64,000 nt of DNA from an uncultured Verrucomicrobiae bacterium. Its GTDB lineage: Bacteria; Verrucomicrobiota; Verrucomicrobiia; Chthoniobacterales; Chthoniobacteraceae. The first letter of the stretch is position 1, and every line of letters starts with the position of its first letter. The stretch covers positions 320,001-384,000 of the forward strand of contig CAWIKF010000001.1 in assembly GCA_963836755.1 (NCBI GenBank), written 5' to 3'. Made by a program: the position numbers and the translations under genes. The notes beneath the pieces are model-generated. The model was not told where the DNA came from and did no database searches. It saw nothing but the letters and a program-made list of their open reading frames with translations. Below, piece after piece: positions 42,516 through 52,107 of this stretch.

Positions 42516-43136
42516 ATGAGCGAAATCAATCCACAACTCGTTAAACAACTGCGGGAAAAAACCAATGCCGGAATGATGGACTGCAAGCGCGCCCTGGCCG
42601 AGGCCGACGGCGACATGGAAAAAGCTCAATCCATCTTGCGCACCAAAGGAATTGCCAGCGCTGGCAAAAAAGCTTCGCGCGCGACGAAGGAGGGCACCGT
42701 CGCCTCCTACATTCATCTCCAGGGAAAAGTTGGCGTGCTCGTCGAGGTGAATTGCGAAACCGACTTTGTCGCCAAGAATGATATTTTTCGCGAGTTCGTC
42801 AAAGACATCACGCTGCACATTGCGGCGGCGCATCCGCTTTGTGTTTCGCGCGAGCAGGTTCCCGAAAAAACCTTGGCGACTGAGCGCGAGATTTATCGCG
42901 GACAGGTGAAGGGGAAGCCCGAAAATATCGTGGAAAAAATCGTCGAAGGAAAAGTGGACAAATTTTACAGCACGATTTGTCTGCTCGACCAAGCGTTCAT
43001 CAAAAATCCGGATCAGACGATCCAGGACTTGGTGAACGCAAAAATTGCCGAGCTCGGCGAGAATATCGTCATCCGCCGTTTCACGCGCTACATGGTCGGC
43101 GAAGACTTGGGTGAATCTGCGTCCGCGGAAGCTTGA
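42516..43136 (+). CDS. tsf: Elongation factor Ts (short form)
   Basis: ATG at 42516; LRE.T.AGMMDCK.AL, NCETDFVA; follows rpsB. Confidence 0.97.
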   Translation: MSEINPQLVKQLREKTNAGMMDCKRALAEADGDMEKAQSILRTKGIASAGKKASRATKEGTVASYIHLQGKVGVLVEVNCETDFVAKNDIFREFVKDITLHIAAAHPLCVSREQVPEKTLATEREIYRGQVKGKPENIVEKIVEGKVDKFYSTICLLDQAFIKNPDQTIQDLVNAKIAELGENIVIRRFTRYMVGEDLGESASAEA

Positions 43137-43156
43137 TCAGGCCGCGTCGGGGAAAA

Positions 43157-44929
43157 TTATTGCTTCCGCGCCCACGTATCTTTGAGCGTTGTCGTTCTGT
43201 TAAACACGAGCTTACTCGGCTCTGAATCAGAATCGAGCGCGAAATATCCAAGTCGCTCGAATTGGTAACGAAGTTGCTGTTCCGATTCCGCAAGCGCCGG
43301 CTCGCATTTCGCAGTCACAGTTTGAAGTGACTGCGGATTCAGGAACGATTTGAAATCACCCTCCGCGTCTGGTTCCGGCACAGTAAAAAGCCGGTCGTAG
43401 AGACGGACTTCTGCATCAAGTGCATGCGCGGCACTGACCCAATGTATCGTGCCTTTCACCTTTCGCTGCGCGGTGGCGCCGCCGGTTTTGCTTTCTAGAT
43501 CCACCGTGCAACGCAGCTCCGCGATTTCCCCGTTCGCGGCTCGCACGACCTCGTCACATTTGATGATGTATCCATATTTCAACCGCACTTCGCCTCCGGG
43601 CTTGAGCCGAAAAAATTTCGGCGGAGGCGCTTCCGCGAAATCTTCGCGCTCAATGAAAATCTCCCGCGTCAATGGAACCTTGCGCGTCCCTAAATCGACA
43701 TCGTTGGGATGATTCACCGCATCGAGTTCCTCGAAATGCCTTTCCGGAAGATTCGTGAGGACAACTTTGAGCGGATGGAGAACCGCGAGCCGGCGGAGTG
43801 CGCGGTTGTTTAAATCCTCGCGAACCACGTGTTCGAGCACGCTCGCCTCTGTCAGGCCGTTATATTTTGTGATGCCGATGTGGTAGGCAAATGCGCGCAG
43901 GGCTTCCGGAGTCACGCCGCGGCGCCGCAATCCAGAGATCGTCGGCAGGCGAGGATCGTCCCAACCGCTGACCAAATTTTCCTCCACGAGCTGCATCAAT
44001 TTTCGTTTGCTCATCACCGTGTAGGCGAGATTGAGCCGCGCGAATTCGTATTGATGCGGCAGCGGGCGCGCGAGATCGAGCGACTCCAAAATCCAGTCGT
44101 AGAGCGGTCGGTGCACCTCAAACTCGAGCGTGCAAATCGAGTGCGTGATCCCCTCGATGTAATCGCTCAGGCAGTGCGCGAAATCATACAGCGGATAGAT
44201 GCTCCAGCGCGCGCCGGTGTGATGATGCGCCGTGTGCCGGATGCGATAGAGCACAGGGTCGCGCAGCCAAACGTTGGGCGCAGACATGTCGATTTTGGCG
44301 CGAAGCGTGCGCGCGCCGTCGGGGAATTCGCCCCCTTTCATCCGGCCAAAAAGATCGAGATTTTCCGTGACCGAACGATTTCGAAAAGGGCTCTCGCGGC
44401 CCTCGCGGCGCGCGGCGTCCGTCTCCTCGGGCGACATGTCGCAGACGTAAGCGAGCCGTTTTCGAATGAGCCGCAGCGCGTAATGGTGGATCTGCTCGAA
44501 ATAATCGCTCGCGTAAAACGGCTCGGACGCCACTTCGGTGGAAGTCGCGAGCACGGGCGGCAGATGGAAATCCACGTCGCCATCCGCTTCGAGCGCGAAA
44601 GGCGTCTGTCCCGCGGGCTTGAAACCAAGGTTCGCGTCGGCCCAGCCGCCGATCAGCCAGCGCACGTCGGTGATGATGGAATCAACATACTCCACCTCTT
44701 CCTTCGCCGGATTAGTGTCGTCCATGCGCAGGTTGCAAACGCCTCCAAACTCATGCGCAATGCCGAAATTGAGGCAAATCGATTTTGCGTGGCCGATGTG
44801 CAGATAGCCATTTGGCTCCGGTGGAAATCGCGTGTGAATCCGCGGGTGCAAGCCGCTTTGCACATCCTGCGCGACAATCTCGCGAATGAAATCGGAAGGC
44901 GCGGGAGCAGGACTTTCGGGCACGTTCAT
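43157..44929 (-). CDS. glnS: Glutamine--tRNA ligase
   Basis: TRFPPEPNGYLHIGH, DDTNP, ITHSICTLEF, VMSKR, KVKGTIHWV, QFERLGYF; ATG at 44929. Confidence 0.96.
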   Translation of the reverse strand: MNVPESPAPAPSDFIREIVAQDVQSGLHPRIHTRFPPEPNGYLHIGHAKSICLNFGIAHEFGGVCNLRMDDTNPAKEEVEYVDSIITDVRWLIGGWADANLGFKPAGQTPFALEADGDVDFHLPPVLATSTEVASEPFYASDYFEQIHHYALRLIRKRLAYVCDMSPEETDAARREGRESPFRNRSVTENLDLFGRMKGGEFPDGARTLRAKIDMSAPNVWLRDPVLYRIRHTAHHHTGARWSIYPLYDFAHCLSDYIEGITHSICTLEFEVHRPLYDWILESLDLARPLPHQYEFARLNLAYTVMSKRKLMQLVEENLVSGWDDPRLPTISGLRRRGVTPEALRAFAYHIGITKYNGLTEASVLEHVVREDLNNRALRRLAVLHPLKVVLTNLPERHFEELDAVNHPNDVDLGTRKVPLTREIFIEREDFAEAPPPKFFRLKPGGEVRLKYGYIIKCDEVVRAANGEIAELRCTVDLESKTGGATAQRKVKGTIHWVSAAHALDAEVRLYDRLFTVPEPDAEGDFKSFLNPQSLQTVTAKCEPALAESEQQLRYQFERLGYFALDSDSEPSKLVFNRTTTLKDTWARKQ

Positions 44930-45024
44930 CAGCAGAGCAACGTAGCAGAGCCGCGCGCGGCGGTTCAACATTCGCGCGCTCGTTTGTCTGTTTCATCGCG
45001 CTCGCGTTCCGCTAAAATCGAGCG

Positions 45025-45948
45025 ATGGCGAAAGACGTTTACACGCTCGCGGATTTGCAGGATTGGAAAACGGCCACAGCCGATGCGTCGCCGCCGCTGC
45101 GCCTTTCGGTTTTCGGAGATCCTGTCGCGCATTCCAAATCTCCGCCGATGCAGAATGCGGCGTTGGAAAAATGCGGTATTGAGGCGCGCTACACGCGTTT
45201 AAACATCCGTGCCGACGAACTTTCCTCGGCACTGCGTTTGCTGGCGCGCGCCGGCTTCATCGGCGCGAATCTGACCATCCCGCACAAGACCGCTGCGCTT
45301 CCGCTGCTGGACGAAGTGAGCGAGCACGCGCGTTGCATTGGCGCGGTGAATACGGTGCGTGTTGATGGTGAAAAGTTGATCGGCTCGAACACTGACGGGC
45401 CTGGCTTCGTCCGCGCGATTCGCGGGGATTTTGGCGTCGATCTGCGCGACCTGCGCGTGCTCATTCTCGGATCCGGCGGCGGCGCTGGCCGCGCGATTGC
45501 CGTTCAATGTGCCTTGGAAAACTGCGAGCGACTGGTGCTCGCGAATCGCACTTTTTCAAAGGCGCAAACGCTCGCGGCGGAGCTCGCGCCGTATTTTAGA
45601 AGCGCACGGCTTCTCGGTCCTGTCGCGCGGCTTGAAGCAGTCCCGCTCGAGATTCACGCCATCCGGCCCCAGTTGCAAAACATCGATCTCATCGTGAACG
45701 CAAGCTCGGTCGGGATGAAAAATACGGACGCGCCGTTGCTGCCCAGCTCGGCCCTCGCGCCGCATTTACTCGTTTTTGACGCTGTTTATACAACCCATCA
45801 CACACCGTTGCTTGAGGCTGCGGAGTTGGCCGGCGCGCGCGTTGCGAATGGAATGTCGATGCTGTTGCATCAAGGCGCGCTCGCATTTGAAACGTGGTTC
45901 AACCGCGATGCTCCGCTGGATGCGATGCGCGCGGCGCTTTCGCAATGA
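45025..45948 (+). CDS. aroE: Shikimate dehydrogenase
   Basis: G.PVAHSKSP, N.TIPHK, GAVNT, NTDG.G, NRT, GM.ML..QG. Confidence 0.94.
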   Translation: MAKDVYTLADLQDWKTATADASPPLRLSVFGDPVAHSKSPPMQNAALEKCGIEARYTRLNIRADELSSALRLLARAGFIGANLTIPHKTAALPLLDEVSEHARCIGAVNTVRVDGEKLIGSNTDGPGFVRAIRGDFGVDLRDLRVLILGSGGGAGRAIAVQCALENCERLVLANRTFSKAQTLAAELAPYFRSARLLGPVARLEAVPLEIHAIRPQLQNIDLIVNASSVGMKNTDAPLLPSSALAPHLLVFDAVYTTHHTPLLEAAELAGARVANGMSMLLHQGALAFETWFNRDAPLDAMRAALSQ

Positions 45949-45957
45949 AAACCCGGA

Positions 45958-46716
45958 TCAATGAAACGGCGAAATATAAACGCGCATGAGATTCACGCGG
46001 CCGCCTGTCCAAAACCAGCGTTTCGGAAAATCGAAGCTCCGGCTTTTCTCAAAATAATTGAGTGTGCCGATCTGGCCCGGATAATTCGGATCGTAAAGAT
46101 CGAAGCGGATGTCGCCATTCGCGGCGCGATGATAGTCAAAAAGAATCACGCAATGGTTCATCCACGGGAAGCGGCTGATGTAAACGGCCTGCAGTTCGCC
46201 GCGATCGAGCGCGCGCGTGAGCATGCGCGCAGCGAGCGCCTGGCCCCAGCGCGGAAACGGGCCGACCATGCGCCAGTTGCCGATGCGGAGATAGGTCGGG
46301 AACCAGTTTCCGAGTTCTTCTTTTAGAAGATGTTCGCGGCCGCGAGAGAAGTCGCGCAGGTCCGCATAGCCGGGAATCCTTATGTGATCAGCCTTTGCGG
46401 GCATCCATGCCGGAATGCGGCTGATGTGACGGACGAGCTCGCGGTATTTTTTTTCCGAAACGCGCGGCTCGTCTGATGCGAACATCGCGAATTTATGAAA
46501 CTGCAAAACGGCGCGACCAAGCACAAAGCAGCGATGCGAAAAATCGGGCGCTTTTTCTTTTCGTTGCATCGTGAGATGGCCGGTCTCGTCGACGCCGTAG
46601 GCAAAGACGGTGTCGTTTGAAAAAGCAAAAGTGTCTGCACGCGGATCAAAGTTGGGCGCGGCTTTCCCGCTGTTGAGCAGGATGAAAAGGAAGACGAGCG
46701 AAAAAAAATTGCGCAT
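45958..46716 (-). CDS. Secreted hypothetical protein, possible papain-like fold
   Basis: Probable ATG at 46716 with signal peptide; DTFAFSN, HRCF, NHCVIL, LYDPN. Confidence 0.6.
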   Translation of the reverse strand: MRNFFSLVFLFILLNSGKAAPNFDPRADTFAFSNDTVFAYGVDETGHLTMQRKEKAPDFSHRCFVLGRAVLQFHKFAMFASDEPRVSEKKYRELVRHISRIPAWMPAKADHIRIPGYADLRDFSRGREHLLKEELGNWFPTYLRIGNWRMVGPFPRWGQALAARMLTRALDRGELQAVYISRFPWMNHCVILFDYHRAANGDIRFDLYDPNYPGQIGTLNYFEKSRSFDFPKRWFWTGGRVNLMRVYISPFH

Positions 46717-46848
46717 TCGAAGAGGCGGGACTGTAAAAGAAATGCGTCGAGGCGCAATGGCGCGGCTGTGAAGACTGGCGTAAAGGCCAAGGCAAAATCT
46801 ACGCGCTGCTGCGACATTTGATTCCATCCCATGCGATATTTTTAAGTC

Positions 46849-48144
46849 ATGTCTGAAGTGCCGCTCACCTCTCCAGCGTCCGCGAATCAAGCTCCCATCG
46901 GCTCTGGCGTGCTGCGACAGACTTTTCGCGCGCTTCGGTATCGCAACTTTCGCCTTTTCACCGCAGGTCAGATCATCTCGCTCATCGGCACGTGGATGGA
47001 GCAGACGGCGATGGGCTGGCTCGTGTATCAACTGACGAATTCGACGTTTTTGCTAGGAGTCGTGACGGCCGCGGGCACTGCGCCGATGTTGCTTTTTTCC
47101 ATGTGGGGCGGCGTGCTTGCGGATCGTTTGCCGAAACGCTGGATTCTGGTGGCGACGCAAATCGCGGCGATGATTTTCGCTTTCACGCTCGCGACGCTGG
47201 TCTGGCTCGGCCATGTGCGGCCGTGGCAGATCGTGCTGGTCGCGGCGCTCAATGGCGTGGCGATGGGCTTCGACATGCCGGCGCGCCAGTCGTTCGTGAT
47301 GGAGATGACGAGTCGCGAGGATTTGATGAATGCGATCTCGCTGAATAGCTCCGTGTTTAATTGCGCGCGCTTGATCGGGCCTGCGCTCGCGGGCTACACG
47401 CTCGCGCGGAGCGGCGCGGCGACGTGTCTTTTTTTGAATGGCGCTAGTTTCATCGCGGCGATTGTGGCGCTGATTTTGATGCGCTTTCCGGCGCACGCGC
47501 CCGCGCCGGAAACGGGCGACGGCAGCGGCCGCGTGCGCGAGGCGCTGCTTTATGTCCGGCACCATCCGCGTGTGCTCACGATCATGTCGCTCTTCGCGGT
47601 CGTGGGCGTCTTCGGTTGGTCGTATTCCGTGCTGCTGCCCGCTTACACGCGCGACGTGCTCGGGCTCGGCGCGGACGGATTCGGCGCGTTGCTTTCCGCT
47701 GCCGGGTTTGGCGCGCTCGCGGGCGCCCTCACAGTCGCGTCGGTCGGGCACAAATTCACGTCGCGCGCGCTCGCGCTGAATGGCGTCTGGTTTTTCTCAG
47801 CGATGCTGTTGATCTTTTCCGTTGCGAGAAATCTGCCAGTCGCGCTCGTGGCGCAGGCACTCACGGCTTTCGGCATGATGCTTTTTTTCTCAACGTCAAA
47901 CACGACGCTCCAGCAAATTGTCCCCGACGAAATGCGCGGCCGCGTGATGGGAATCTGGTCGCTGATTTTTGGCGCGATGATTCCGATCGGGAGCATCGAA
48001 GCCGGCTTGCTCGCGCGCGGCATCGGCATCCGCTGGACGATTGCGCTTGGCGCCGTGATTTGCGGCGGCGGGGCGCTCGTCACGCTCGTCGTCGTGAAAC
48101 GCCGCGAGGCGACGCTGGCCGCGGCTGCTGCCGCGAAAGCTTAG
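46849..48144 (+). CDS. MFS transporter (transmembrane secretion effector/MFS_3-like)
   Basis: About 12 TM segments; R.FR....GQ.ISL.GTWM, GG.LADR, PARQS, RGRVM. Confidence 0.9.
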   Translation: MSEVPLTSPASANQAPIGSGVLRQTFRALRYRNFRLFTAGQIISLIGTWMEQTAMGWLVYQLTNSTFLLGVVTAAGTAPMLLFSMWGGVLADRLPKRWILVATQIAAMIFAFTLATLVWLGHVRPWQIVLVAALNGVAMGFDMPARQSFVMEMTSREDLMNAISLNSSVFNCARLIGPALAGYTLARSGAATCLFLNGASFIAAIVALILMRFPAHAPAPETGDGSGRVREALLYVRHHPRVLTIMSLFAVVGVFGWSYSVLLPAYTRDVLGLGADGFGALLSAAGFGALAGALTVASVGHKFTSRALALNGVWFFSAMLLIFSVARNLPVALVAQALTAFGMMLFFSTSNTTLQQIVPDEMRGRVMGIWSLIFGAMIPIGSIEAGLLARGIGIRWTIALGAVICGGGALVTLVVVKRREATLAAAAAAKA

Positions 48145-48145
48145 G

Positions 48146-49993
48146 CTAATCGCTTTCTTCCGCGGCTGGTGCGGGCGTCGGCGTCGGTTCCGCCTTGCGT
48201 GAATGTTGTTTAATCTTCCGTTTATCTGCGGTCTCGTTTTTGAAAAGTTGATTCAGCACTTTGCCAACCATCGGCGCGGCGTAAGTGCCACCGTGCGCGC
48301 TTTGATTGACCTCGCCTTCATACAGCGCGGCAAAGGCGTAGCGCGGCTTATCCGCCGGCGCGAATCCGGCGAACCATGCCGCGTTGCGCTCGCGGTTCTT
48401 CGGTCCCCATTGCGCGGTGCCGGTTTTGCCGGCGACGTCGATGCCATTCACGCCGGCTTTTCCCGCTGTGCCCATCGAGCTCGAGACGACGGCGACCATC
48501 GCTTTTTTTAACTCCGCCAAAGTTTTCGGATCGATGTCGAGCGTGCCGCGTGCGCCGACTTCGTAGGCCGTGACGATTTGGCTGTCGATGCTCTGCACCT
48601 GCTGCACGAGACGCGTGCGATACAGCGTGCCGCCGTTGCCGACTGCGCCCATCGCCTGCGCCATTTGCAGCGGCGTCACGAGCACGTCCCCTTGGCCGAT
48701 GGAAAGGTTCGCAATGTCGCCGTCGAGATATTTGCGGCCGTAAACTTTTTTCATGTATTCCTCGGTCGGGATGCGCCCCTCGGCTTCGCTCGCAAGCGGA
48801 ATGCCGGTTTTGCTTCCGAAGCCCATTTTCTCCGCCCAATCAATGATCGGCTGCGCGCCGATTTTGAGCCCGACCTGGTAAAACCAGGTGTCGCAAGATT
48901 GCGCGAGCGCGTCGTGAAAGTTCAGCATTCCGGAATCCGTTTTTTTCCAGTTCCGGAAAGTGAGATTGCCGACTTGCAGCGCGTGCGGGCAGTTGAATTC
49001 GTCATCCGGTTTGATCGAATGGCTTTCGAGCGCGGCAAGCCCGACCGTCACTTTGAAGGTCGAGCCCGGCGGATAAGCGGAACGAAAAGCGCGCGGGAGC
49101 AGCGGCACATTCGGATCGTCCTTTAACGCCTTGAAAGCCTCCGCGGAGATCGTCGGGATGAACGCGTTCGGGTTGTAATCCGGCCACGAAGCCATCGCCA
49201 GCACGTCGCCATTGTTCGGATCGATTACGACGAGCGCGCCGCGCTTCGCGTTTGCAGAAAGCGCCTCTTCCGCGAGGCGCTGAATATTTTCGTCAAGCGT
49301 GGTGACGACGTTGTAGCCAGGCTGTGGAGGAATCACGATTTTCTCCGAAGCCTTTCGCCCATTTGCGTCAAATGCGATGTTCAGCTGGCCGGTTTTGCCG
49401 ATTAGCTGATCGTTAAACGTCTGTTCCAGTCCCTCGCGACCTTCCGCAGTCGGCCAGATCATTTCGTTGTTTTGAATCTGCCCATCCGGCGTGCGCCCAG
49501 CGCGGCCCGCGTAGCCGATGATGTGGCCGGCGAGCGCCCCGTTGGGATAAAAGCGCTGATAGATCGGATGCAGCGTCAGCGTGTCGGGCGCGCGCGTTTT
49601 CACGGCCTCGATCTCCTTCGGCGTCAGGTCAAATGCGATGTCGAGCGGGAGGATGCCTCGATTTTTATAATGTTTGGCAATCTGTTCATCCGAAGCCGTC
49701 AGCCTCGTCTCCAGCATCCCGCGCGCGATTTCCATCTGCTCGTGCGCAAACCGAAGCGCCCCGTTGTCCGTCAGATTCAGCGGCGTTGGAAAATTGATCG
49801 CGAGGTTGTAGCTCACGCGCGTCTGCGCGAGCGGCAGCCCGTTCCGGTCCACGATCTGACCGCGCGGTGCCGGAATTTGTAAGAAATAGGTGCGCGCGTG
49901 CTTTTGCGTCTCCCAGCTCGGCGCAAGCGCGTTTTCCGGAGTTTGACCGCACGCGAGACTGGCGAAAAAGCAGAACAAAACTGTGCGGCGCAT
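48146..49993 (-). CDS. mrdA: Class B penicillin-binding protein 2
   Basis: APRG.I.DRNG, R.YP.G, G.EGLE, PPGSTFK (SxxK), SCD, KTGT; probable ATG at 49993. Confidence 0.88.
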   Translation of the reverse strand: MRRTVLFCFFASLACGQTPENALAPSWETQKHARTYFLQIPAPRGQIVDRNGLPLAQTRVSYNLAINFPTPLNLTDNGALRFAHEQMEIARGMLETRLTASDEQIAKHYKNRGILPLDIAFDLTPKEIEAVKTRAPDTLTLHPIYQRFYPNGALAGHIIGYAGRAGRTPDGQIQNNEMIWPTAEGREGLEQTFNDQLIGKTGQLNIAFDANGRKASEKIVIPPQPGYNVVTTLDENIQRLAEEALSANAKRGALVVIDPNNGDVLAMASWPDYNPNAFIPTISAEAFKALKDDPNVPLLPRAFRSAYPPGSTFKVTVGLAALESHSIKPDDEFNCPHALQVGNLTFRNWKKTDSGMLNFHDALAQSCDTWFYQVGLKIGAQPIIDWAEKMGFGSKTGIPLASEAEGRIPTEEYMKKVYGRKYLDGDIANLSIGQGDVLVTPLQMAQAMGAVGNGGTLYRTRLVQQVQSIDSQIVTAYEVGARGTLDIDPKTLAELKKAMVAVVSSSMGTAGKAGVNGIDVAGKTGTAQWGPKNRERNAAWFAGFAPADKPRYAFAALYEGEVNQSAHGGTYAAPMVGKVLNQLFKNETADKRKIKQHSRKAEPTPTPAPAAEESD

Positions 49994-50051
49994 GAACGGA
50001 CAATTTAAATGCGTCGCGCGCGAAAACAAAAGTTACTTCCGCGCCCGGATT

Positions 50052-51998
50052 TCAGGCCGTGGAAGCCGCGGCTGACTTTTGCGTCAGCTCCTCCCACTGC
50101 GCGGTCAACCGCGCGAGGTCCTCGGTGATCGCGAGCAGCTCGCGGTTTAGCTGCACCGCCGCTCCACCTGCCGCGTAAGATTCCGGATTTTCCAATTCCG
50201 CCGCCACATCTTTTTGGCGTCCCTCAAGATTAGCGATCTGCATTTCGAGGCTCTCAATATGTTTTTGCTGATCACGTTTCGACTTTGCCTCCGCCTTTCG
50301 TTTCTCGGCCTCGGCGCGCTTTCTTTCACGCATCTCGCGCATCCCCAGTCCGGGCGCAGCCGAAACTTTCTCCTCAATTTTCGGCTGCGCGTTTTGCAAT
50401 TTGTCGCCTGCCGTCAACGCCGCGCGTGCTGAAACCGCGCGCGATTTTTCGAGGTAATAATCGTAGTCGCCAGCGTATGGCGTCAAAGTTCCCGCGCTGA
50501 TGTGCAGCACATTTTTCGCAACAGCGCGGATGAAATGCACGTCGTGGCTGATGAAAATCAGCGTCCCTTCATATTGCGCGAGCGCGCCGATCAGCGCGTC
50601 GATGCTGCCGACGTCGAGGTGCGTCGTCGGCTCGTCCATGAGCAAAAGATTCGGCGGATCGAGCAGCAATTTCACGAGTGCGAGCCTTGTCTTTTCTCCG
50701 CCGCTCAGCACCGCAACCGGCTTGAATACATCATCGCCGCGAAACAGGAATGAACCGAGGACCGTGCGCGCGGTTTGCTCGGATACTGGGTTCGGCATGT
50801 CGCGCGTCGCCTCCAGCACGGTATGCCGCGTGTTTAACATCTCGACGCGATGCTGTGAAAAATAGCCGGTTTTGATGTTGTGCCCGAGCTCGCGTTCACC
50901 GCTTTGCACTTGTAAGACTCCCGCCAGCAACTTGAGCAGCGTCGATTTGCCGGCGCCATTCGGGCCGACGAGCACCGTGCGCTGCCCGCGCTCGGCTTCA
51001 TAATTCAAGCCGCGATAAACCGTGAGATCGCCGTAAGCGTAATCAATATTTTTGAGCGTGATAACGCGCGTGCCGCCGCGCGGCGGCTGCGGAAAACGGA
51101 AATGGACGGTGCGCGCCTGCGCGAGCGGCGCCTCGATTTTTTCCATCCGCTCGATTTGCTTGAGCTTGCTCTGGGCCTGCGAAGCTTTGCTGGCCTTGGC
51201 CCGGAAGCGATCTGCGAATTCCTGCAACGATGCAATTTCACGCTGCTGATTTTTGTATGCGGAGAGCTGTTGCTCCTCGCGCGCGGCTTTTTGCTCGACG
51301 TAGCTGTCCCAATTTCCGCGGTAGCGATGCAGCCGGCGATGCGCGATCTCGACAATGGAGCCGACCAGCTGATTCAGAAACTCGCGGTCGTGCGAGATCA
51401 TCAAAATCGCGCCGGCGTAGTTACGTAGATATTCCTGAAACCAGACGAGCGACTCGAGATCGAGATGGTTCGTCGGCTCATCGAGCAGCAGCAAATCGGG
51501 CTCCTGCACGAGCAGCCGCGCGAGATGCGCGCGCATGATCCAGCCGCCGCTCAGTGCTTTTGCTGGGCGATCAAAATCGCTTTCGCGAAACGCGAGGCCA
51601 TTCAAAATTCGCTTCGCCTTTGGCTCGAGCTGCCAGCCGCCGTGCTCGTCAAAAATCGCGAGCGCATCGTGATGCTCATCAGAATCTTCCGGGGTCCTTT
51701 TTAAAATCCGCTGCGCCTGCGCGAGCTCGGGCGAAACGGCGCAAGCCAGCTCCAGCACAGTCTCTTCGCCCGCCGCCGCGCTTTCCTGCGGGAGAAAACC
51801 GACAGTAGCCGAACGCTCGATCGAGACGCGCCCTTCATCCGCCGAAGCCTCTCCGAGGATGAGCGAAAAGAGCGTCGATTTTCCCGCGCCATTCGGGCCG
51901 ACGAGGCCGACGCGATCGCCGCGATTGACCTGCAGCGACGCCTCCTCAAAGAGCGTGCGGCCGCCAAAACTTTTCGTGACTTGCGAAAGCGTGAGCAT
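50052..51998 (-). CDS. ABC-F family ATP-binding protein
   Basis: Two ABC domains (GPNGAGKST, LSGG, DEPT), linker coiled coil, C-terminal coiled coil, no TM segments. Confidence 0.93.
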   Translation of the reverse strand: MLTLSQVTKSFGGRTLFEEASLQVNRGDRVGLVGPNGAGKSTLFSLILGEASADEGRVSIERSATVGFLPQESAAAGEETVLELACAVSPELAQAQRILKRTPEDSDEHHDALAIFDEHGGWQLEPKAKRILNGLAFRESDFDRPAKALSGGWIMRAHLARLLVQEPDLLLLDEPTNHLDLESLVWFQEYLRNYAGAILMISHDREFLNQLVGSIVEIAHRRLHRYRGNWDSYVEQKAAREEQQLSAYKNQQREIASLQEFADRFRAKASKASQAQSKLKQIERMEKIEAPLAQARTVHFRFPQPPRGGTRVITLKNIDYAYGDLTVYRGLNYEAERGQRTVLVGPNGAGKSTLLKLLAGVLQVQSGERELGHNIKTGYFSQHRVEMLNTRHTVLEATRDMPNPVSEQTARTVLGSFLFRGDDVFKPVAVLSGGEKTRLALVKLLLDPPNLLLMDEPTTHLDVGSIDALIGALAQYEGTLIFISHDVHFIRAVAKNVLHISAGTLTPYAGDYDYYLEKSRAVSARAALTAGDKLQNAQPKIEEKVSAAPGLGMREMRERKRAEAEKRKAEAKSKRDQQKHIESLEMQIANLEGRQKDVAAELENPESYAAGGAAVQLNRELLAITEDLARLTAQWEELTQKSAAASTA

Positions 51999-52107
51999 GA
52001 AAAAGGCGGCTAATGTCGCCCGCGCGAAACGAATTGCAAGATCGGTGGTTCAACTCAAAATATCTTTTACCTCAGCCGTCGCCGTTTCCCCACCTGCCTC
52101 GATTTTC

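Noticed and set aside
27363..44971. Long antisense ORFs opposite tuf, rplA, rpoB, rpoC and glnS (up to 592 aa)
   Set aside because: Expected shadow frames from strong codon bias in GC-rich conserved genes; no recognisable domains
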